Source: Syncephalis fuscata S228
Taxonomy: Eukaryota > Fungi > Zoopagomycota
DNA: 64,000 nucleotides
Direction of reading: 5' to 3'
NCBI GenBank assembly: GCA_025786725.1
Contig: JAHLTZ010000045.1
Span: 1 to 64,000, forward strand
The position numbers and the translations under genes are program-made. The notes beneath the pieces were generated by a model. That model saw nothing but the letters and a program-made list of their open reading frames with translations. It was not told where the DNA came from and made no database searches. Below, in pieces: positions 40,799-56,142 of this stretch; positions within the stretch are counted from its first letter, which is position 1, and every line of letters begins with the position of its first letter.

Positions 40799-42749
40799 TT
40801 AGGCATTTTCTGCGCAATACACCAAAACATCACCAACGCGTCGGCTATCATCGTGAAAGAATGAATTAAAGAACCGGTTACACTATACAACCATCTAGTT
40901 ACTATGCTGGCTAAAAGAAAGTAGCTAAATCCTACCTCATGATAGCCATGCTCGTGTAATGTTGTATTTACCGATGGCAACAACACATCAAACAGTAACA
41001 GATGACTGGGCCACCAACGACGATCAACCAAATCGTCTAATTCCTGAATCGACGCCGGTTCTTTTGGTGTAGTTAATTGACTTGCAGTAAGTAAGTTAGA
41101 CTTTAGAAACGCAGTTGGATCTTTGTAGAATTCATCCTCTTCCGACACATAAGCATCCATAACAGCAGCTCTAATTAAACAACAACAGCACATAAGCCAC
41201 ACATTTCATCGCTTATTGTTTAGTCAGCAGAATTCGCACTTACGATGGTGGCGGCTCACAAGTAATGAACCACATGGGAATACGTCGATGTAACCGACTC
41301 CAAAAAGGAGTGGAATGACATGGCATCAAATAGCCTATACTTTCGACACGTCCTTTCGGCTCATGTCGTAGCCAATCCATTGCATCTAAAACACCTCGTT
41401 GATGATACGTTACAAACAATACCGATAAAACAACATTAGGGATAATAATGCTGGCCATTAGGGCAATTCTCCATTTTCTACTTGTTTGAAATCTTGTAGA
41501 CTGCCATAGGTGATGGGCACCATAGCCTGCGTAGATAATGCCAATCGGGACAATTGGATAAATAAAGCGAAATTCCTTATGTGCCAATAAACTGTAAATA
41601 ACTAAAAGCCATAGACTGGCATAAGCGGCAGTTCTCCGCAGGGCTGATGTCTTGTGAATACCGTAGATAGTTAACGGTAGGAATGTTGTCAATACAACAG
41701 GAACACCTTGTGTTGCATACCAGTGCCATGGATGCTGGCCATAGAATACCGATACACCACGAACAAGATTTGCTTGAATAAAGTTATATGGTACAAATGT
41801 CCATTCACCATAATAATAATAGTCGGTTACAGTCATAATACTGAAAGTGGCTACTCTAAAAGTAACAAATATAAAACATCAGTTACTAAACAATTAACAC
41901 TAATTTAACAACCCACATGATTAAGAGCGCATTGCCTATGGTTAAAAGACCAAATCCGAGTTTAGATTTTACTAATAAATCCATGCCTAGAAATATCCAA
42001 AATACAGCCCCTGTAGGCCGCAATAAACAAGCAAATGCTGCAATCAACAAGGAGATGCGCAATAGCCTGTATTAATATTAGTTAATATGTTTATAGTTAC
42101 ATTTACACCATTTTAACCTACTTTATCCGATGGCCATCATCTTTATTATGGCCGACTTTAAATGGCCATGGCCAATAATATAAAGCCATAGTTGATAATG
42201 CCATCTCCATCGAATTGGCCAATGTACGCGGAGCGTGCAACCAATGACACCACGATATTAATGTAAACCACATCTTAACTATATGTATTAGAACACAAAT
42301 ATAACACTACCGGCTATACTTACCGTCCATTGAGCAGTATTGCTATTAAACCATTGTCTAGCCATTTTAATGGTATACCAATCGCCTATAGCTGCTACAA
42401 CTGCTTGCAAAATCACAGGTGCCCATTGCTATATAATTATCACATTAAATAATAAGCAAACTAGTAGATAGAAATCTATTTTACTTGCCACAAGTTCTGT
42501 GTGGCCCAATCCTAGCTGGACAACAAGCTGGTAAGCAAGAGCAAAACACCACGGATGTAGAATACTGCGGATACGTTCTCTCCACTCCCAGGTGAGATAG
42601 CCGTAGCCAAATACACTACGGTGAGCTACCTCTTGTGCCTGCCAGTATTCATCCGGATAGCCATACGTATGTGTAAGGGCACCATTGACCAAACGGAATA
42701 GTACAAACCACCAGAAACGCGGCTGTAGCGTGGTTAAACCGCTCACCAT
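40799..42749 (-). CDS. GPI10: GPI mannosyltransferase 3 (PIG-B)
   Basis: PDEYWQAQEVAH..FGYGYLTWEW, RTLANS, HKEFRFIYP, HQRGV, LMPCHSTP, FITCEPP, FHDDSRRVGDV. Confidence 0.95.
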
Positions 42750-42804
42750 TGAATCTAAACAAATATAATGCAGCGCTTTGTTCTTTCTTTCTCCTTCGTT
42801 TAAA

Positions 42805-43939
42805 ATGACTACAAAGATATTTTGCTTTGGTAATGAGCACCAGCGTAGTGCTGTTGACGATAATAACGAAACACCACTATCGTAAGTACTGACACACAAC
42901 GATAACAGTTGTAATAATCAACGTATAGTAGCGAATCGTATAATGACGCCAACAATGAGATTCAAATACAAATTACAGAAGTGCGCGCTTTTAGTAATAA
43001 TTATAAAAGAAAAGAAAGATTAAAATCATGACTATAGAAAATGGATCCATCATTTCATTGCTATGTCTGGCCTAGTGCACTTATGTTGGCCGAATACATA
43101 TGGTATTATCGACGACAGTTTAAAGACGTAACCGTTATTGAAGTAATAAATACGCCATTGCTAGTGAGTTACTAAATAGACTAATCGATCAATGATATAG
43201 TTAGGTGCTGGCACTGGACTGCCTGGACTGCTGGCGGCCAAGCTTGGCAGTCATGTTTACTTGACGGATCTTCCAGAAGCCATGCCATATCTACAAGAAC
43301 ACATAGAAGAAAATGGCTTGACGGTGGCCGCTTCTAGCAATACTGAACAGAAAAGCCATGGATGGGCACTACCTCATCCACTTAAATGGGGTGCTTTTAA
43401 AACGCATGGTCTACTTGAATTGATCACATCAATTTCATCACTCAACTGGATTATAGGAGCTGATTTATTTTACGATTCTAAAGGTATGTATAGATGCGGA
43501 TAAATGATGTGCCCCACACGTGATAGTAGCGAGTAACAGTTTTATTATAGATTTTGAATCAGTTCTAGTTACCGTCTCCTATTTACTTGACTATTATCCA
43601 ATGGCCCGTTTTATTACTGCTTACCAAGAACGCAGGTAAGTATCCTTGGTTATAGCTATTGGATATTGCTAATTGTCGCGGTCAATCGATTGGCTGGTTG
43701 GTTGAGCATAGTGCGGCACGTACGTTACAACCATTACTAGATCAGTGGCAGCTTACCGCTCAAGCTATTGCAGGAGATACGTTTGGATGGCAGCCAGACG
43801 CCTTTGCATCCAACACGGAGACGACGGAGACGACGACAGCAATCCAAACGAGGAGGGCGACGAGGAAACCAATTACGATACAAGTTCTCTGCATAGTGTT
43901 ACCTTATACGAAATTAGAAGGACAAGTGAGAATGCATGA
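42805..43939 (+). CDS. METTL23-like SAM-dependent methyltransferase (Methyltransf_16)
   Basis: YVWPSALMLAEY, VIELGAGTGLPG, LTDL, LKWG, IIGADLFYD, TAYQERS. A frameshift in the last exon is inferred. Confidence 0.85.
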
Positions 43940-44401
43940 CGTGGACATGTGCTTTCTTCCCATCATGGTCATCGTCAGCCCATGATATATGCAGAGTCGA
44001 TAGCGCTGCTGTTACGGACATCGTTTAGATAGACTAGACCCGCAACGACAAAAAGCGACGATAGCAGCAATAAAGCAAATATTGTTAAAATAGTATGGCA
44101 TAGTATGATTATATCGCAGCGGTGGCGATCTTTACATAGAACCAGTCAATGGTGTAGGAGATTCATAGCGGATCTACATACAGGTGGATAGTTGCGTCCC
44201 CCAATTGAGCTCACATGACCGCCATGAATGATAAGGACTATTTATAGTGAAAGTGTTGTCGCTGACCGCCACTTTTCTTCTTTAACAACACTTCTACGCT
44301 TTCCACAACAACATATTTTCATTGTTTGAACTGTTCATTCTCATCTGCAAACTCATTCGCTTGAACAACCAATTATTGGTCTATCTGTATAGCAAAACAC
44401 C

Positions 44402-44551
44402 ATGACCGACAAGGAACAAAGCAAGCAGGTGTTTGACGATATCAAACAAACCGACAAGATCCACTTGAAGCACGTCACGCCGACAGAAAAGAATGTGCTG
44501 CCCACCAAGGAGGACATCGAAGAGGAGAAGAAGCATCCCGAGAATGCCTAA
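44402..44551 (+). CDS. Beta-thymosin (WH2/thymosin beta-4 family) actin-monomer-binding peptide, 49 aa
   Basis: Translated by hand: MTDKEQSKQVFDDIKQTDKIHLKHVTPTEKNVLPTKEDIEEEKKHPENA. Aligns to thymosin b4 ([30 protein letters not shown]). Context AAAACACCATG, TATTTATA at ~44239, C/G-ending codon bias. Confidence 0.88.
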   Translation: MTDKEQSKQVFDDIKQTDKIHLKHVTPTEKNVLPTKEDIEEEKKHPENA

Positions 44552-44806
44552 ATCGATGCCTATTGCTTTCATTCGTCAATAAACTTACCATTGTCTCTCG
44601 ATCTACAGCCCATATTATATCGCTTTGATAAATGTACTAACTGTAGCATTGTATGCTAAATGTTTACTAACATTAATATGTACATTCTTATGCTGTGTAT
44701 GTATCTAAATGAACTGAGTTGAAATTTACAAATAATATAGATGGCGATAAATAAATGGCTTTTATTGATAAAACATTGAATAATGTAGAATAGTATGGGA
44801 ATAATA

Positions 44807-47285
44807 TATGTGTACTAGATAATAAATCTATAATGATAAGTCTTTTAAACTCTGATGCTACTCACCACGCAGTTCCATGTTTAGTATTACTGTAGTAACA
44901 ATAATGAAAATAAAGCGTATTTAGATTGCTAAATCTACTACTTTAAATGGTTTGTAAACTAATTTATTTTAGATAGCGATATCCATGTTCAGGCTTCACT
45001 TGCATTACAATTGCATGTGTTAATCATTTACGTGACCTTGATTAGTATAACTTTTGATAGGAAAGCACATGTCATATACATTCATTATAAGTATACACGT
45101 TCTAAAACATTAATTATGTTCCAAGAACAAATACTCGGATAGCACATTTAGCAATACTTGGATTAATAACAACTATTTAGTAACGTTTATTAAACCTTCT
45201 CAATACGACAGTATTGTTGTGGATCTCTGTGATTGCATTCTTCGTATTCAGCTTTTCCGTCCATATTGAGTCTAATAGGTCTGACGCAAGCATTTGTATT
45301 GCCATATCGCGGAGTTCTTGGCGATAGCTTCTGTTCGACCTTTCCTTCATGCTCGATATCAAGCATTTCCCAGTGCTGATCTTTTGAATTTGGTTTGCAG
45401 TCCATGGTAATTATAGATCCATGACCATTGGGGTTTTTATTTGGATTGTACGTCAAGCACTTGTTGTTGAAAGTTGATTTAAGCGTAAAGTAGTTTCCAG
45501 ATGCAGCAGGAGTTTCGGCAGGGATTGGCGTTTGAATCCAGTGTGAGTTGTGGCATACGACACTTAAACTGAAGGCAACTGTCGGATCATGCTCCACTAC
45601 GTGAAGGCAGGTGTTTTCCGTATAGAGCCACCATATGCGTATATTTTTTGACTGGGCGACATTGGGAGCAGCCTGAATAAGACTGGCGGCAGAAGCCAAC
45701 AAGACGGCGGCAAGCGATAAAGAGAATTGCATGGTGGATATTGCTGGGTTTATAAATGAATAAAAAGCTGATTGAAGTTCTATTGTCTGAGAAGAAGTTT
45801 AGATGTTGATGGGCTGATGTTGCTGTGTTGTGATGTTGGAATGCTGATATAAAATCCACCGTGCCTTTTATACAAAATTCCTATACTCTGTCCCAATAAT
45901 AGCCATTTATTAATAATTAATTGGTCTGGTATTTAGATTGCTTCACAATTAGCTGGCTAACACCATTACATGATGTTCTCGACCCATGACATTGCACTTG
46001 GGAGCTTGGATGTAAGCCAGTACATAGCCGAAGTAACAGGTTTATGCATCACAGCTACAGGTAACATTTCTAGAACCTATGGTCTGGATTCATTGTAGAT
46101 AAGGCCTAGAAACCAAAGGGCATTTCATTTACTTTATTTAGCAAATAATTCGAATATACATACACCCAAATCCATGATGAAATCATAATAAGGCCTAGAA
46201 ACTAAAGGACATTTTATTTACTTTAGTGTGGCAAATGAACACTTTATATTAGTACACTGGTTTACATTAACGATGGAATAGCCAGCTAATATACAATGCT
46301 ACTAGATGCAAATTGCTGTAACACATCACTAATAACTATATAAACAGCGTTTTGTTATGATAAGTCTAGACAAGCCAAACAATTTCAACCTCAGTCATGT
46401 TATTACCAGTTTATTTAAAACAGGATTTGTCTTTCAAGTATTTACAAGAATTAGTATGGCGCTATTATATTTACACGCTCATTGGTTACAAGTTCGAACA
46501 GGCACGGAAATCAACCACATCAAGGTAAGTGGCTTGTTTCAAAAACATCGGACAAATTGTGAAGACGGCTGGAAAACAATTCAACCGGACTTATTATGCA
46601 GAATTTACAGTGCGTGATTGGCGTTAGTATTAGAATTTTTGTTTTTTGTTCCACGCTGTCCTGCTCAATGTATATGCTAAACAGCATTCGATTATATCAT
46701 AAAACACCCTTGTACAATTACCTGGATGGACCTGTATAGCGCATAGATAGTTGAGCTGTTGGAACCAATAGCATGAGGTGCCATGTGTATATCATTTATC
46801 TGGACGAGCAAGTAACCGATCAAATAACGTGTAATAAGTATATTTACATTGCAGATTACACAGGCAAGTTGTTCTTGATGATGTTCATTGTGGTGATACT
46901 CCGGTTATGCTGTGCATCTGTTGCTATTCTATATTTTTTGAAGATGCCGATGGTAAATTACTGCGCAAAGTTAAAGAGGGTCCATACAACACGAAGCAAT
47001 TGGAGTTTGACAAAACATACGATAGAATTGCTAGTCTGTATATTTATGGCAGTAGTCATTTGTACAATAAACATGTAATATTGTAGAAACATTTGCAGCA
47101 ACGTTATTACAACGTAAATAAGGCGTTAATTTTTGTGTTATAAATTGGTCTATATTAATTGCTAGCTTATTTCTAGTTTGTTATATATACATATATCAAA
47201 CTAACAGCATTGAATTAAAGTATTTTATTTGCTATGATATTTAGATTGGTACAAGTATTAATATATATTTATTAGTCGTCTGATT
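44807..47285 (-). repeat. Right arm of the ~2.5-kb inverted segmental duplication
   Basis: Reverse complement of 29964-32439. Confidence 0.95.
45190..45732 (-). CDS. Secreted ricin-B lectin-like protein, copy 2 (identical protein)
   Basis: The ORF translation is identical to 31515-32057. Confidence 0.75.
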   Translation of the reverse strand: MQFSLSLAAVLLASAASLIQAAPNVAQSKNIRIWWLYTENTCLHVVEHDPTVAFSLSVVCHNSHWIQTPIPAETPAASGNYFTLKSTFNNKCLTYNPNKNPNGHGSIITMDCKPNSKDQHWEMLDIEHEGKVEQKLSPRTPRYGNTNACVRPIRLNMDGKAEYEECNHRDPQQYCRIEKV

Positions 47286-47499
47286 CCATTTACTTAAATG
47301 TAACAAAAGTATCGCAATAGAATTAATTGCAATATTTGTACTTTTAGATTAGCTGTAATAGTTTGATAATCACACATTTTCTATACTGAAAATGCTCATT
47401 TTTGTTTACTCTGGTAATATCTTATTAATATCAGATTAACAGTTGGCCTAATAATATGTTATTAATGTTAGAGCTACTAGTATATTGGAACTAACCAAT

Positions 47500-48258
47500 C
47501 GGCCGGAAATAGTAAACCACATTATTATCACCTACTTGAAATGCTATAATAATACAACAAATAGCGTTGTATAATAAAACTACACACATGATTTGGATGC
47601 TATCTTTTGCTAGTCGCTTCCGCGCTTCCATTTATAGGCATAATATTGCTGTAATGCAAAGTAGCAAAAATGCTAAAAAAACAAATTGAGTAGCATAATC
47701 GTTGCGATCCAATACCATAAAAGTAACTGAGGGTAATGAAGAGTGCAGCCACTTTCTGCAGTTAATGTGGCATAGCAGCAAAGAACTACAATAGACGCAA
47801 ATTTAAGATGTGATATAGTTAGCAGAAAACCCACACTTAAATCCATTGCTTCCATTGCATATTAAATAAACGTTTTGAAGTAGAATTAGATTATTGCGAA
47901 AATACGCAACAGATACGCCTAGTCCGATAATCCATAGTGCATGCCGTCAGTTAAAATATATGCCTAATTCCATCAGTAGAACAACTGTGCCAACTGTTAA
48001 TCCTAAAATAGAAGGGATTAAACAGCACCAAGAAGAAAGAATTTTTGGTCAATTTAGTGTCATTTTAAACGTAATAATAATACAGCTTATACTAATGTAA
48101 ACCAATGCTGAAGCAATTATCAACTATGTTCCGCTTCCAAACCATAGATTATTCTGTTCATATACACTGTCGACGCCGACGATGTAAAAGGCTTGCATAC
48201 TCATGTCACCGCTTGGGCTAATGGAATTGCCCAATATTCTTGTTGCATTTTTATCCAT
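47500..48258 (-). pseudogene. Pseudogene of the 7TM-like family
   Basis: MDKNATRILG..SPSGDM, SSWCCLIPS and LLQ motifs, interrupted by in-frame TAG, TGA, TGA stops plus frameshifts. Confidence 0.8.
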
Positions 48259-48971
48259 GCATTTGCAGTTGTATTACTATAATCAATAACTGTCATTGAT
48301 ATTACAGTGTACTAAAATTATAATATAACAAAAAACTAAAAATAGTAAATAAAACGATCAAATAAAAGTTAAAGATGTGTTTATGTGGCAGGGTGCATAG
48401 CTGTTGTGTGTTTTGGTCGTTAGTTTTATGCCCGTGCATGTTGACTAAAATTCATTGCGTAGTATATCTTTTCATAGGGAACACACAAAGAAATATCTGC
48501 AATGGCCATGCATTAAACAACTTTGACAACTATCTAGGACACACATGCCTTTTGTTGCAACCGGACTGTATGCTGGAATTAGAAATCCACAGCACAGTTG
48601 GTTCCGGATATGCATCCAATAGCCTACTATTTGATTGATAAAATGGCAAATCAATAAAGTATAGATTTTTGCTAAATTCTCTGCCAAACTAGGATTGAAT
48701 GTATTTAGTCTATCAACCTTGTAAAAATACGTAATAATTTGTTTTAAATTGTGTCGCATAGTGCTTTTAGTGCTATAAGGTTTATAAGCTTTTATAATTT
48801 AACAATGATTGACAAAAATGTTTAAGATTATTTATAGATCGATATACAGTTACTTAATAATAATAATAATAATGGCAAAAGAAGCTGCTTTTGTTGTATT
48901 AGTCATAATATTAACCCATTTATAGCTTATTAAATGTGAATAAAATAATTATAATTTATTTTACGTAAATT

Positions 48972-49828
48972 CTACTGTATTTGTGTCTTCATATTTAAAA
49001 TAGTCTCATCGACCTCCTCGAGCTCAGCATTTACACCATCCAGCTTCTTTTGAAGCAGCTCACGATGCTCCTTAGTAGTTAGCTTGTGTATGGGTATCCA
49101 CGCAAGGTTATCGCTAGCCAGCTGGCCTAGTTCACCCAGCTGACGTACGATTGACTCTTTAAATCGTGTTAATGGTAGCTCTTGGGCCTGGTCGGGATTT
49201 AGCTTATTCAAGATAATTTGCTGCCGCATACTATTGGCTGCCGTGATGCACATTTGCATACCACCCGTCAGTACACCGAGTACTAAAAAGCCTGCTATTA
49301 CTCTATGCGATCCATCTAGCCAGATATTATCAACAGTCTATTTCATTGTTGCATAGTATTATACTTGCAGAAAACTCCGGACCAAATACTCCCGGTAGCT
49401 CCACCTGCCACCGTACTGCTTACAATCATATCGCTATCCGTTAGCTGAGGATCCTTCTGGCCAAGCGAGCGTTGTCGATCTAGTCGCTCTTCAAGTATAA
49501 ACCGACGTGTGGCTATAGGTACAGCGTTAGCCATAGAGTCGATAAACTAGCTATTGCTACTGTAACACTTGCCTAAAAATGTAAAGCCAATAAGACCGCA
49601 ATTTGCCGCCATACCAAGCGTGTATGGCACGGCTGAACGTCCGCGGGCCATAGACCATATACCGCCAACAGCTGCACCGGCCGTAGCTATCGGAATAAAT
49701 AAATTGAATGTTTATAGCAAACCTTTCATTGGCCGATCATATTACTTCTATCTCATTCACTTACCGAATCCCAATGTTCCGCTTAATATTGCGGTTCTAT
49801 GAACGGGATCACGCAGTGGATTCGGCAT
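48972..49828 (-). CDS. Gly-rich multi-TM protein, Tim17/Tim22-like family (tentative)
   Basis: Four Gly/Ala-rich TM segments (GAAVGGIWS, SSTVAGGATG, GFLVLGVLTGG) and a C-terminal coiled coil; 3 introns. Confidence 0.55.
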
Positions 49829-50162
49829 CGTTCAAACAATGACAACAAGTTTGAGGCTACTTGGTAAAAAACGAATCAACAGTAAAGAGCAACAATGCCT
49901 GTTTTTGTAATAAAACATTATGTTCTACCTAAACGTAGAGTCAGCTGTTTGGCTGTTATATCGTCTAAAGCAACACCCTTGGCTGTGTATTGCTAACCAT
50001 ACTGTTTATCAAAAAGCATAAGCACATACAAACGCGCATAATTAATTTAGACAGACTTGGAATACAGCGTGTCTTATACAATACACGATATTGCTAATAA
50101 AATTGTTTATTATCATAAACAGAAAAACACACTTTGTTTTGCTGTCTCTACTACTTACCATT

Positions 50163-52242
<2,080 letters not shown>

Positions 52243-52893
52243 CTATCTATAAGCAAAATTAAATAAAATATAAGTGTCTATTGGATCGGTATTATTTATT
52301 GATTTAGTATTAACACAAAAACATTATCTGTATAAATCTAAACGAATCTAAACTTTTATTGCATCTAGCTTGGCAATGATAATAGTTGTTTACAATATTA
52401 CATAATGTGACTGATATCATTACTAATATAACATAGAATAGATCATGTTCTTGTCTTTCTTATTAATATACCGATAAGTATAATAGTTGTAATATCAGCA
52501 TAGATGCAATTCGGATAGAAATTACCGTAGCGCTCAGGGCAAAACTTCTGGAACGCAATAAGTAAATTACTTGGACTTAGCTTTCGGTATTCAAGTGTAT
52601 GGCAAACACATGGTAAAGTGTGGAATTTCGGTTTATTCCTTTAGTTCAAGGAAACCGGTTCAATTTATTGTACGACAACATGATTATCTATTGTCTCGTG
52701 CGTTGTTGGCTTTTTGAATTAATAAAATAGGCTGATTCATTGGTAAATATACCATGTGACTATCGTTGGCACAACTAGCACTATAGCTCAGTAATTATAA
52801 ATTGTCCAATTTTGTAGCTATTGCCGACCTATTCGGTTTATTTATTTTTGTTATTGCTTATGCTATTTCTTATCTGTTGCATTTCAGACCAAG

Positions 52894-53845
52894 ATGCTAC
52901 TGTCATATAACAGCGTTTTTGAACAACTTGGCTGGGAAAAGAATGCTACTCAGCATTTGACCACCTCACTGCATCCACTTGACGAGCAAATGTACACGAA
53001 TTCCACACTGCTGACCCAATTGATGTAAACAGTTCTTTGACTCTATTCAAGACATTTGCACCGTTTATTGTAGCTATAATAATTGCAAATTTTATACTTT
53101 TATGCAATCTTAAAATAGCTATTAGAATGGTCAAGGATAGACCACGCTTTTTTTCTTCGTGGTGTTGTCTAATTCCATCCAGTTTGGGTGTATTGCTTAA
53201 CGTAATATTCATGTTTATGATACTGATTCAAAACCTTAATTGCCAATTAATCACTTGGATGATGTCGCTTAGCATGTCTATCTGTATGGCTTGCAATAGC
53301 GCATTATTACTTCAAAAAGCCTATCTAGCGCTTTGTAAGAAACAATGGGTGCTCTATGTTGGTGTTCCGCTTATCCTTCTACAGTTGGCTTACTTTGGCC
53401 TTTTGATGCGATACTGTTCTGTTTGGCTGCGGCCGGATTATGGTTGCATCGTTTATCAACCATACTTTATACTTATATATTGGCTTATTGTTAATATTTT
53501 ACCAATTACGCTATTTTCATGTATTTTTTGCTACGTGGCCTATAATCAATATTGCAAGTTTGGTACACGTGTATGGAAGCAGTTAGGCCGCGATGGACTT
53601 CAAACTATGTTTTTTGTCATAATCTTTGAAATTAGTTGCTGTGTTATTGTGTCATTTAACGCATTTGAATCGCTTTCTCCTGCTCTATTTTATATTAACT
53701 GGTAGGTATTATTCAAAAAAGTAATTACTAGTTTTAACAAGTATATAGGATAATTATTACAACACTAAATACCCATTGCAAAACTATGCGTAAAGCATTT
53801 AGAATCTCTGGACATGCCAAAGAACAGCTACTTCGTAGTTTTTAA
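52894..53845 (+). CDS. 7TM-like family member (frameshift near the 5' end; possibly decaying)
   Basis: WEKNAT...LHP, SSWCCLIPS, LNC, LLQKAYL, YGC, LFSCIFCYVAY.QY, FG..VWKQLGRDGLQTM. One intron at ~53703. Confidence 0.7.
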
Positions 53846-54116
53846 TTTCTTTAAAAACGATATACACGGACCATGCAGCTATACAATACTTACAACAACC
53901 ATTATTATTTTAATAATACGCTACACTGTATTTTATTAAGTTCATTATAAAATAGCCAATTACAGCCTTAATAGCGTTGCTTAGGGTTATTAACTGTTTT
54001 TTATTTAAATCAAATATCTGCATTACTCTGGATTTATTTCTATTCTTTTTTTATAAATGTCACAATAAATCAACAACAAAGATATAAAAGTAAATGCAGT
54101 ATTTATTGTAAAAATA

Positions 54117-56142
54117 TTAAATACGATATGGCTGCACCAGAAACTGTTTGCCTCTTGGTGTTGTAAGACACCGAAATAAGGCTTCATATCGTTTTTAGGA
54201 TTTGGCACAAATTTAAAGTGATGCAAAAGTTCAACGAGCGTTAAACGAAGCTCCATCCAAGCCAAACTATTTAATTTTCTAATTGTTAGTGGCGAAAATA
54301 GACAAGCAACATCGTTATAAAACCTACTTGCGGCCAATACACGCACGCGGACCAACTGAAAATGGTGTAAAATTCATTTTCATTGTAGCAAGTTGTTTAA
54401 AGGAGGTGGTGAGCCAGCGCTCTGGATAGAATCTATGAGGATCTGGAAACACCTCTTTATTTGTTTGTATAGCCATAAAAGCTACTGTAACACTGGTCTA
54501 GAGTAGTATTAGTAGCTTTAATTATGTATAACCAGTTGACTTACTCCACCGGGGACAAAATAGTTGTTCATCATTACTCCTCCTTCAGGAATTACGCGGG
54601 GCAATCCATGGGCAACTACAGGTCGAAGCCGCAGTGTTTCGTGGAGTACAGCGTCTAGATAAGTCATGGCATTACATCTTTGTGAAGTATTCTAGTGTTG
54701 GAATCTGGATAGACTGTTTTTGATTTCTTCAACCAAGCGACGATTGCATTCGGGATGTTCTAGCAAAAAGTTTATAGTCCTTTAAAAGTATATTAATGGC
54801 ACATCCAGTATAAATACTTCAATATTTACCATGTAATTGTTACAGATGTAGTATCTGTGCCAGCAGCCTGCAAATGTTGTTTAACAATAAATAACTTTTA
54901 AATACTATAGTCCTTACATTAGTAAAATGGCTTCGGCACACATTCCTTCATCCGGCACAGTAGCGCCTGTTTTCTCATCTACAGATGTAATCATTTGTTG
55001 CAATATATCATTTCTTGTATTGTTTTTGTCATTTCTTCTTCTTTCTATGGCAGCCTGTGCATACTAACTATATTAATCTTGAATCCAAATGCATTTGAAT
55101 AATTGATACTCACGTTATTTAATGAAGCAAGATCTTGAACTAGTTTTGGATAAAATTGAGAAAAAAATAATTGTCCAAAAATCAGTTTCTGTAAATGGTT
55201 AGCATAAAAATACGAATAATTAATTAAACCACCTACTCTGATACCATAAGCAATCGACTATTGATCCATCGAATTACAGGATGCTGCTCCCTATCTTCCT
55301 CAAGTAATCCAAATGTTTTACCAAATGCAACTTCACCAGTAACATCCTTCAACACTATAAGCATAATTATTTCCAACGATAAAGCTACTTACAAATTTCA
55401 TTTTCTTTAATAAATCCATGAGATCCACAGTACTTTCAGTGTCTGTATATTTGTAGAGACGCTGCACAAGCCGTGCAATACCAATATCATACAACAATGG
55501 TTCCAGATTCTCAAGAGAATTAGGAGTGAATGCAGGTGACATTAGCCGTTTCTAGAGTTATTGTCAGCCAGTATTACAGCTGTTTTAACAATCGAGTCTA
55601 CCTGTGTTCGATGGAAAGCAATATTTCTGCCAAGTAGTGCAATTAGAAACAGCCAAATATTTTACGTAGACGATATTACCTCGTATTAAGAATATTATTA
55701 TGTCCAGTAAGAAACACATCGTATTTTTGCCCTTTCCGTACTGATGTGAGCCGTTGACCTTTCGAATCAAAGCGGCACTGGATACTGAAAGAGTGGTGGG
55801 ACCTAGTTGCTTAATGTTAAATGACTGTTACAGTAGTCTTATTTACTTCTTGCCTGTACGAGCAATAGTCCCATATTTCTCATGAAACTCTGAAAGGCCT
55901 GTAAGTTCACCATGATAGACTCGTTTTATATTGATGACGATTTCAAAAAGCCTTGAGAAACGAGGGCCAGGAATACTTGCTAGTGGACTTAAATAGTCTT
56001 GCTTGATCAACTAGTTAAGGTCAGCGTTGGTTTAACTGTGACGTGTTTAACTTGCTTTGTAGGCTACATAGCCAATTCCAGTAATGGCGACAATTTCCTA
56101 CCACAATAAAGTAGAGAGCGATAGCTGTAGATTCAAAGACAT
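54117..56142 (-). pseudogene. Cytochrome P450 paralog with an in-frame TAG at codon 15
   Basis: Same exon structure as 32914-35066: AGTDTT, ETLRLRP, FSVGPRACIG. TGG TAG GAA (stop at 56098-56100) versus TGG TTG GAG in the paralog. Confidence 0.7.
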
